From contig JBEKOJ010000001.1 in NCBI GenBank assembly GCA_049521895.1, forward strand, positions 34,717-98,716: DNA of 64,000 nucleotides, written 5' to 3'. The notes under the pieces are model-generated. The model was not told the DNA's origin. It worked only from the letters and a program-made list of their open reading frames with translations, and did no database searches. Position numbers and translations under genes: made by a program. Below are positions 25,944 through 32,461 of the stretch, piece after piece (the first letter of the stretch is position 1; each line of letters begins with the position of its first letter). The stretch is from Candidatus Saccharimonadales bacterium (lineage in GTDB: Bacteria; Patescibacteriota; Saccharimonadia; Saccharimonadales; UBA10212).

Positions 25944-26660
25944 ATGAGCCCTGGAACTACAAGACCGCGCAACGAAGTTTTCGATAGGGAATTAGTGCGC
26001 AGCATCTTGGACAAAATGGGCAGGGACGACAGATATACCACGCGCGAAATGGCAACCCTGACTTTTGAACAACTCTATTCCCAGCTTAATCAGCCGGAAA
26101 TTGAAGTAGTAAAACAGCTGCTTGCACTTAGTCCTGAAAAACTTGGATTTCTAGGCCCGTTTGTGAGCCTAGAAGGGCCACCCAAAAATCTGGTCAAGCT
26201 AGAGGGCCAGGTATTTGAAAGGGATGGTAAAAAAGTTACCATTGCCAACCAATATTTGCCGCAACCTGTCTGGCAGGCTTTTTTAGAAATGCAAGAAGCT
26301 ACCAAACAGGATATAGGCAGCAAACTGATGGTAGAGTCGGGCTACCGCTCGCCGGCCCATCAATCTATAACTTTTCTAACGTATTTAGAAAAATCAGATT
26401 TTGATATTAAATATGTAGTTTCTGGAGTGGCTCTACCTGGCTATAGCCAGCATGGCGATCCGGTTAACACAGCCGTGGATGTTATAAATCAAGACGGCAT
26501 ACCAACAGATGAAAAGCCGCAACTTTTTGCCAATACAAACGAGTACCAGTGGCTGATTAAGAACGCCAAACAATTTGATTTCTATCTGTCTTACCCAGAG
26601 GGCAATGAATTTGATGTTAAGTTTGAACCTTGGCACTGGCAATACAGAAAAACAGAGTAA
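25944..26660 (+). CDS. VanY / peptidase M15B-type D-alanyl-D-alanine carboxypeptidase
   Basis: Sequence SGYRSPAHQ ... SQHGDPVNTAVDV ... EPWHWQY (zinc ligands of H-D-H type). Confidence 0.7.
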   Translation: MSPGTTRPRNEVFDRELVRSILDKMGRDDRYTTREMATLTFEQLYSQLNQPEIEVVKQLLALSPEKLGFLGPFVSLEGPPKNLVKLEGQVFERDGKKVTIANQYLPQPVWQAFLEMQEATKQDIGSKLMVESGYRSPAHQSITFLTYLEKSDFDIKYVVSGVALPGYSQHGDPVNTAVDVINQDGIPTDEKPQLFANTNEYQWLIKNAKQFDFYLSYPEGNEFDVKFEPWHWQYRKTE

Positions 26661-26663
26661 AAT
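26648..26663 (+). promoter_or_regulatory. cassette junction motif, core form, copy 8 (contains the stop of 25944..26660)
   Basis: Sequence aaaaacagagtaaaat. The next gene has a 31-nt leader with an AAGGAG SD. Confidence 0.55.
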
Positions 26664-26694
26664 AGATCGAGAACATAACTTAAGGAGTAGGTAT

Positions 26695-27036
26695 ATGGCT
26701 GGCGGCCGGGAAGAACAAGTCCTTGAAGGAACAAACGGGAGGCTATTCCGGTGGCCCGATGGTAAGCCCCCCGAAATAACAACATTGCTTGTGGACGGAA
26801 CCGTAGATTCACTAATAGCTACAGGCATATTCCGGTCGCTGGGTTTTGGATCGGTTATAGAGCGGATGAAGACTAACCCGAATTTCCCCAGGCAGTGCCC
26901 TGAGCTGTGGATGGTACATCCACCGCAAGAGGAAGGAGGGCAAGGGGTTGTCGAGGTGGCCCGGGGGCTACGCGAGATCCACATCTCATTCGTCAGTAAA
27001 TTAGTGGAAGTGCAGCCAGTACCAGAGGTACACTAG
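26695..27036 (+). CDS. hypothetical protein (113 aa)
   Basis: ATG follows AAGGAG. The in-frame upstream part of track ORF 26575 overlaps the VanY-like gene. Confidence 0.35.
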   Translation: MAGGREEQVLEGTNGRLFRWPDGKPPEITTLLVDGTVDSLIATGIFRSLGFGSVIERMKTNPNFPRQCPELWMVHPPQEEGGQGVVEVARGLREIHISFVSKLVEVQPVPEVH

Positions 27037-27044
27037 AGTAGGTA

Positions 27045-27070
27045 AGGAATACTTAACTCGTTAAGTAATT
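27045..27070. repeat. GGGAATAC-hairpin repeat, copy 2
   Basis: Sequence aggaatacttaactcgttaagtaatt, abutting ATG 27072. Confidence 0.55.
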
Positions 27071-27071
27071 T

Positions 27072-27542
27072 ATGAAAAATTACATCCCACCCGAAAAACG
27101 ATTCAAGCTGATTCTCTCTGTCTATTTAATTTTAATCAAAGATGGGAAAACTTTATTATTACGGCGTCAAAACACGGGCTACGAAGATGGCAACTATGGC
27201 CTTGTGGCAGGACACGCCGATGGTAATGAAGTGGCTAGGGAAGCGCTGTGCAGGGAGGTGTTGGAAGAATCAGGCCTGAGATTTAAGCCTAAAGATTTCC
27301 GGTTCGTCCACTTAATGCACCGCAAGGCCAATGATGAACGGGTGGACGTTTTCTTTACTGCCGACAAATGGCAAGGCGAACCAAAAATCATGGAGCCAGA
27401 AAAGTGCGACGATCTCAGCTGGTTTCCGCTAGACAATTTGCCGAGCAACACCATTCCGTATATTCGCCAAGCTATAGAATGCTTTCAAAAAGGTATTTAT
27501 TACTCCGAATTCGGCTGGAATGAACGGGCGGGGAATACTTAA
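27072..27542 (+). CDS. NUDIX hydrolase (second, unrelated copy)
   Basis: Nudix box GHADGNEVAREALCREVLEESGL. 156 aa. Confidence 0.8.
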   Translation: MKNYIPPEKRFKLILSVYLILIKDGKTLLLRRQNTGYEDGNYGLVAGHADGNEVAREALCREVLEESGLRFKPKDFRFVHLMHRKANDERVDVFFTADKWQGEPKIMEPEKCDDLSWFPLDNLPSNTIPYIRQAIECFQKGIYYSEFGWNERAGNT

Positions 27543-27557
27543 CTTGTTAAGTAATTT
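27531..27557. repeat. GGGAATAC-hairpin repeat, copy 3 (supplies codons GNT + stop of the Nudix gene)
   Basis: Sequence gggaatacttaacttgttaagtaattt. Confidence 0.55.
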
Positions 27558-27575
27558 ATAAAAATAACTTGATTT

Positions 27576-27609
27576 AAAAAAAGGCGAGGGGGCGGCGTTG
27601 CCGCCCCCT
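27576..27609 (-). terminator. GC-rich hairpin + T-run terminator for the high-GC minus-strand gene
   Basis: Minus strand reads agggggcggcaacgccgccccctcgccttttttt. Confidence 0.5.
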
Positions 27610-27624
27610 GTTGTTCGCGCGCTG

Positions 27625-28158
27625 CTACTTGAGCGTGGCGATGACCTGAGGCGTAAGCCTGAGGACGACGCCGCGCAGATCGGTTTCGATCAGCTGGCCC
27701 ATGGTCTTGAACCCCATGGCCGTGACCGCCTGGTACTTGCCTCCCGAGTTCGGGCTGCGCCAGTCCAGAACGCCGTCGTCGCGGTAGTCCTTGAAGTAGA
27801 CGACGCGGTTGTAGCTGAAGACGGCACTGGCCCTCTTTGCGTCCGCGATGCGGACGTTTTCGGCCGGTACGACGATCTTGATCGTCTGACCGCAGCCGTT
27901 GCGAGCGTTGAGCGTGATCATGAAGGCGGTGTTGTCGCTGGCCTTCGTAACCGCGCAGACTGCGTGCGGCATGTTCGGGTTCCAGCCGCGAACCTGCAGG
28001 AAGTTCTGGACCGTGACTTCGCGGTTGAAGTCGTGGTCGGCCCACGGGTTCCAGTTGCTCGGCCAGATCGCGTTGATGCCGATCGCAATCGTGGCGATGA
28101 TCGCCGCGCAAATCACGACCCACACTGCGTCGAATGCGAAATCGGTAAGCCTCCGCAT
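27625..28158 (-). CDS. membrane-anchored hypothetical protein on a high-GC foreign segment
   Basis: 177 aa with N-terminal TM AVWVVICAAIIATIAIGI. AAGGA SD, own terminator, GC-rich third codon positions. The other four overlapping ORFs here are high-GC artefacts. Confidence 0.55.
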   Translation of the reverse strand: MRRLTDFAFDAVWVVICAAIIATIAIGINAIWPSNWNPWADHDFNREVTVQNFLQVRGWNPNMPHAVCAVTKASDNTAFMITLNARNGCGQTIKIVVPAENVRIADAKRASAVFSYNRVVYFKDYRDDGVLDWRSPNSGGKYQAVTAMGFKTMGQLIETDLRGVVLRLTPQVIATLK

Positions 28159-28270
28159 TTCTTCACCATCCTTCCCCGAGTTATCGGAGTAGAAGTTGAA
28201 ATCTCAGCGCGAACTGTAATATTCTACAATATTAACGCATAAATAGCAATACCATTCTCAAATATGATAA

Positions 28271-28296
28271 CTCGGATTTCTAAAACAGGGTAAAAT
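28271..28296 (+). promoter_or_regulatory. cassette junction motif, diverged long form, copy 9
   Basis: Sequence ctcggatttctaaaacagggtaaaat, 8 nt before ATG 28305. Confidence 0.55.
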
Positions 28297-28304
28297 AAGG
28301 CAGC

Positions 28305-28850
28305 ATGAAGAAACTAGGGATTTTATCTGGAACTTTTGATCCGGTGCACAAGGGGCACGTTGATTTCGCGCTTGAGTCCATAAAAGTTTGCGGGCTAGAG
28401 CGGGTATATTTGCTGCCAGAGCGGTCACCCCGCCGAAAAAAAAATCTAACCGATTTCGCCCATCGTCTTGAGATGTTAAAACTAGCCGCAGGGTCCCACA
28501 AGCAATTAGAAGTTTTGCAGGTATCCGAGCCCCGATTTACAAACGCTGTCACTTTGCCAAAGCTCCGCTCGCAATTTGCCCCGGACCAGCTGGTGTTTTT
28601 AATGGGTTCTGATGTGGCAGCCACCTTAGGTGGTTGGCCCGGGCTGAAGCCGTTAATAGTTGGTTTGCGCAACAATGACGATAGGCGCGAGTTGGAAAAG
28701 CTTCTAAGTAAGCTAAGAGTTTTGCGCCAGACGACATTTATAACCAGTCCGCGTGCCCAGCTCGCTTCCAGCCAACTGCGGAACAGCCAGCTAAAAGACC
28801 TCGATCCATTGGTGCTTGCTTACATTAAGCGCCACAAACTTTATAGCTGA
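28305..28850 (+). CDS. nadD: nicotinate/nicotinamide-mononucleotide adenylyltransferase (NadD-like cytidylyltransferase fold)
   Basis: Sequence GTFDPVHKGH (HxGH) and C-terminal SSxxxR-like LASSQLRN. 181 aa. Confidence 0.7.
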   Translation: MKKLGILSGTFDPVHKGHVDFALESIKVCGLERVYLLPERSPRRKKNLTDFAHRLEMLKLAAGSHKQLEVLQVSEPRFTNAVTLPKLRSQFAPDQLVFLMGSDVAATLGGWPGLKPLIVGLRNNDDRRELEKLLSKLRVLRQTTFITSPRAQLASSQLRNSQLKDLDPLVLAYIKRHKLYS

Positions 28851-28899
28851 GCGCGGTATCCTACTGGTGTAAAATGGAAAGATAAAGGAAGGATTTCTT

Positions 28900-29520
28900 A
28901 TGAAGTTAACCAGATATTATCAAAGTTGTTTATTGATTGAAGAGGGCAGGGTGCGGATTTTGATTGACCCCAGCGGCCACGAAGCCGGAAATTTTGACAA
29001 GTTTGGCAAGCTGGACGGCGTGCTATACACCCACGAGCACACGGATCACTTCGACCCGGATTTGGCACAAAAATTTGCCGGCAGCGGTGTAGCAGTTTAC
29101 GCTAACGCTAGCACTGCCAAACAAATGAAATTGCAGCCGACTGTCATTTCCGACAATCAGGAATTTGACATTAAGGGCCTAAAAATCCAGGCCAGGGAAC
29201 TGCCGCATTGCTTGATGGTTAGCGGCGACGCTGGCCCACAAAACACCGGCTATTTAATTGCTGGGCGGCTGTTCCACCCGGGCGACGGTACCAACCTGGC
29301 GGGCCTGAGCACTGAAATCCTAGCTGTACCCATCACCGGCCCGGATATCTCCTTAAAAGACGCTTGCGACTTTACAAAACAAGTCTCAGCCAAGATTGCC
29401 GTGCCAATACACTACGATTTTATCGGCACCAAGCCGGAAATTTTTGAAATGTTTGCTAAAAACTCCCAGTTGCCATTCGAGGTGAAGGTGCTGGGGCCGG
29501 GCGAAAGCACCGAGCTATAA
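28900..29520 (+). CDS. MBL-fold metallo-hydrolase
   Basis: Sequence YTHEHTDHFD (HxHxDH). 206 aa. AAGGAAGG SD. Confidence 0.7.
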   Translation: MKLTRYYQSCLLIEEGRVRILIDPSGHEAGNFDKFGKLDGVLYTHEHTDHFDPDLAQKFAGSGVAVYANASTAKQMKLQPTVISDNQEFDIKGLKIQARELPHCLMVSGDAGPQNTGYLIAGRLFHPGDGTNLAGLSTEILAVPITGPDISLKDACDFTKQVSAKIAVPIHYDFIGTKPEIFEMFAKNSQLPFEVKVLGPGESTEL

Positions 29521-29636
29521 AAACATAAGCTTTACCATAAAAACAGCTCGTTGTAAAAGTAACTAGCAAAATATTATTGACTAGCTCTCAGCTAAAGTGC
29601 CATATTATTCTCAGCTAAGTAATTGGAGGCACGGAA

Positions 29637-30215
29637 ATGAAGGGCATGGGACGCTGGCTGGTGCTGCTCAGGGGCATGGCGGTTATTGGTGCGGTAGGAG
29701 TTATAACAACTGGCGCTAGTTTTGCGGCCCTGCAGAGCCAGAACGCTTCGCTGACTGGTAATATTATCAATAGCGGTACCGCCGACCTTAGGATTAGCAA
29801 AGACGGCACTACTTTCTATTCGCCGTCAACCACCGGTTATACTTTTGACGGCGTCGTGCCGGGCGGAGCGGCTGCTCCAGTAGGCGGTAATTTGTTTTAT
29901 CTTAAAAATTACGGCAGCGCCAATCTGGCCATCAAAGTCGGCATCAACGCCGCGCCATCCAACGTCAACAATGTGGATCTGAGCAAAGTTTATTTTCAGT
30001 TTACGAGGGTGGATAGCAGTGGCAGCCCCGTTAGCTTATCGCTAAAATCCTTAGTGGATAGTTATGCCGCCGGAGGCACGCCACTGAGTGACACCGTAAA
30101 CGCTGGCTCAACCGCGACTTACAGCGTTAAAGCTTCTATGGATATGGATGCCTTTGCCGGCTCGAGCGCCAGCCTTACCGGCATCAACCTGTCCTTTATT
30201 GGCACCGGCGCTTAA
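29637..30215 (+). CDS. TasA/camelysin-like secreted protein with SipW-type signal peptide
   Basis: N-terminus ...AVIGAVGVITTGASFAALQSQNASLTGNIINSGTADLRIS resembles the TasA-type A-x-F...GTLDL signal region. GGAGG SD. Followed by a signal peptidase gene. Confidence 0.55.
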   Translation: MKGMGRWLVLLRGMAVIGAVGVITTGASFAALQSQNASLTGNIINSGTADLRISKDGTTFYSPSTTGYTFDGVVPGGAAAPVGGNLFYLKNYGSANLAIKVGINAAPSNVNNVDLSKVYFQFTRVDSSGSPVSLSLKSLVDSYAAGGTPLSDTVNAGSTATYSVKASMDMDAFAGSSASLTGINLSFIGTGA

Positions 30216-30235
30216 ACGCAGGAGAGGAAAACAGC

Positions 30236-30760
30236 TTGTTTAAAAATCTGGCGCACCACCTTTCTATTATCACCTTGGGGCTTTTTACCATTGTCGGAAT
30301 TATTGGCTTGGTGCGTTGGCAGGGCAGTGGTATCCGTTTATACAGCGTGAAAGATAGTTCTATGGCGCCGCTGCTGCTGCCGGGAGATTTGGTGTTGGCT
30401 GCCAGCCGGCAGACTGCCCAGCCAGGAGACATAGTCAGCTATCTTAGCCCGCAAGACCAACACACAATTATTGCCCGCAGATTAGTGGCGGTTGATCCAT
30501 CTAAAGGTATTATTACCACTAAAGCCGATAACTTGGTACAGGCCGACCCGCCGGTGATAACCGATGCGGTGCTGGGCAAAACGCTTAAAGCCGTGCCGCT
30601 GTTAGGATATTTGCTGGATACGCTGCGCCGCCCTGCGGGCCTGGCTGTCTTGGTTTATGTACCGGCTTTTGTGATCATTCGCTCCGAGGTCAAACGTCTA
30701 AGCCGGCAATTTGGCCGCCGCCCGTACAATCTCAAATTACTGACCTCTGTTACGAGCTAA
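30236..30760 (+). CDS. signal peptidase I, SipW/ER (S26B)-like
   Basis: N-terminal TM and catalytic-Ser motif SSMAPLLLPGDLV, then GDIVSY...H. TTG start after an AGGAGAGG SD. C-terminal TM. Confidence 0.6.
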   Translation: MFKNLAHHLSIITLGLFTIVGIIGLVRWQGSGIRLYSVKDSSMAPLLLPGDLVLAASRQTAQPGDIVSYLSPQDQHTIIARRLVAVDPSKGIITTKADNLVQADPPVITDAVLGKTLKAVPLLGYLLDTLRRPAGLAVLVYVPAFVIIRSEVKRLSRQFGRRPYNLKLLTSVTS

Positions 30761-30780
30761 TCTAAACTTCAATTTTTTAT

Positions 30781-30796
30781 CAAAAACCAGTATAAT
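30781..30796 (+). promoter_or_regulatory. junction-motif variant CAAAAACCAGTATAAT
   Basis: TATAAT ends 10 nt before ATG 30807. Confidence 0.5.
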
Positions 30797-30806
30797 AACC
30801 CCTGTT

Positions 30807-31034
30807 ATGAATAATGTAAATTCAGGCGAACATTTACCCCCAACGCCTAGCGGCGATGAGCTTGATCAAGAGAGGGGAATCCTCGAAAATCCACAAGGTG
30901 GCCCGGTGGCAATCACCTATATGAAGGGCAACGAAGTTATTCACTATAGATTCATTAGCCGAGAAGAGTTTGATAGATGGCACGAAACTCACCCCGGACA
31001 AGTAATTGAAGAAATAGATGCCGAAGAATCCTAA
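30807..31034 (+). CDS. small hypothetical protein, partner of NYN gene 2
   Basis: 75 aa with acidic tail AEES. Overlaps the NYN start by 17 nt. Confidence 0.4.
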   Translation: MNNVNSGEHLPPTPSGDELDQERGILENPQGGPVAITYMKGNEVIHYRFISREEFDRWHETHPGQVIEEIDAEES

Positions 31035-31572
31035 GAAACCGCGGGCTTACGCCTTTATCGACAGTCAAAATCTCAACCTGGGCGTACAAAAAATGGGCTG
31101 GAAAATGGACTGGCGTAAATTCCGCCAATATTTGCAGCACGAGTACAACGTAGAAAAAGCCTACATGTTCATTGGCTATGTGGCCGACAACATCGCCATG
31201 TATGAGCAGCTGCACGACATGGGCTACTTGATAGTTCTGAAACGCACGCTGGAAGTCAAAGCCCAGGAAGGCGAAAAAACCGATGACGGCGAGCCCCAGA
31301 AACCAACAGTGAAGGGGAATATTGACGCCGAGCTGGTGCTGTGGGCCATGAAAGAGCTGCCCAATTACGATAAGGCTATTATCGTATCTGGCGACGGCGA
31401 CTTTTTTGCCCTAGTGGAATACCTGGAGCAGAAGCAAAAGCTGCTGCACTTAATGGTGCCAAACTGGCAATATTCATCACTTCTCAAAGAGTACGAAAAA
31501 TACACCGTGCGGATTGATAAACTACGCCGCCAACTGTCTTACCACGACCGCCGCTTCAAAAAGAATACTTAA
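31018..31572 (+). CDS. NYN (LabA-like) domain protein, paralog 2
   Basis: Sequence AFIDSQNLNLGV ... KGNIDAELV ... IIVSGDGDF. Collinear with 20796..21338. Confidence 0.7.
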   Translation: MPKNPKKPRAYAFIDSQNLNLGVQKMGWKMDWRKFRQYLQHEYNVEKAYMFIGYVADNIAMYEQLHDMGYLIVLKRTLEVKAQEGEKTDDGEPQKPTVKGNIDAELVLWAMKELPNYDKAIIVSGDGDFFALVEYLEQKQKLLHLMVPNWQYSSLLKEYEKYTVRIDKLRRQLSYHDRRFKKNT

Positions 31573-32345
31573 TCCAGCTTTAGCATGACTAGAACTTTGC
31601 GCGGGTAAATTACGTCAAAGAGGCCCATTAATTGGGTCCGTAGTTCAATCTCGCCCGCCGAAATCAAATAATGATTATGGCCATTAGATCTATCCATGGT
31701 GTAGGTTGTCTTATGCACGACTGACAAGAAATTACGGTCATTGATACTATTAACAATTTTTAGTTTACGTTCCTCGGACACTTTAAACTCATATACGCTC
31801 TGCAGTTCTTCGTAAACGGAGCTGGTGACCATATATCTGGCGTAGCGCTTAATCATCTCTTCCTCGGAGCTCACCCCATGAAATAGTTCTTGGGGCAACT
31901 GCCCGTTAGCTAAAGCCCGCTCTATGGCGTCTAACCGCTCGGAACGGAGCTGCTGACGCTCAGCTTCCCGCTCTTCATAATAGGGTTGGACTTTTTGCCG
32001 GTAGTTTTCGAGGCTGGGGAAAATGCTCAGCACAGAACTCAAGGCTGGTGCGACGTCTTTTGGCCTGAGAGCTAAAATGCCATCCTCTGTGACTTCCCGG
32101 CCACCATTAGCCCACATGAAATCATGCCCCCATTCTATGTAATGCCTCTCTTCCCATTCGGAGAATCTAGGGTAGCCCAGATGTTCTATCGGTCTAAAAT
32201 AGCGTCCATGTTTGTATCCATTGTCATCTCTTTGGTCGGCAGTTTCGTTGAAGCAATTATGTTCTGGAGCCGGTGAAGTAAAATTCGGGGCAGTCTGGTA
32301 ACCCAGCGAGGGTTCAAACCTATGGGCGGGTCTGCCGTGCTTCAT
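31569..32345 (-). CDS. hypothetical protein
   Basis: 258-aa ORF convergent with NYN gene 2. No recognisable domain. Confidence 0.4.
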   Translation of the reverse strand: MKHGRPAHRFEPSLGYQTAPNFTSPAPEHNCFNETADQRDDNGYKHGRYFRPIEHLGYPRFSEWEERHYIEWGHDFMWANGGREVTEDGILALRPKDVAPALSSVLSIFPSLENYRQKVQPYYEEREAERQQLRSERLDAIERALANGQLPQELFHGVSSEEEMIKRYARYMVTSSVYEELQSVYEFKVSEERKLKIVNSINDRNFLSVVHKTTYTMDRSNGHNHYLISAGEIELRTQLMGLFDVIYPRKVLVMLKLD

Positions 32346-32461
32346 CTAGAACTTCTATCATTAAACCCCATTGTAGATCTCTTGAGATAGGTGGACAAAT
32401 GTTTGTTTTACCACAACCCGTATTTAGGAAATAGGCAAATAGTAGTGATGCTACAATAGGG

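Noticed and set aside
26433-26984. 183-aa minus-strand ORF spanning the VanY-like gene end and the next unit
   Set aside because: It crosses a junction motif and two + strand genes and has no signals or motifs. It is judged spurious.
27539-28242. Four additional long overlapping ORFs in the high-GC segment (27539..28123 -, 27598..28242 +, 27899..28192 +)
   Set aside because: This is a typical high-GC open-frame artefact. Only 27625..28158 (-) has an SD, a TM helix, GC3 bias and a downstream terminator.
21477-30796. Possibility that the repeated 16-28-nt motif is a CRISPR array
   Set aside because: The repeats are 400-800 bp apart and separated by full-length protein-coding genes. They are not regularly spaced, and no cas genes are present.
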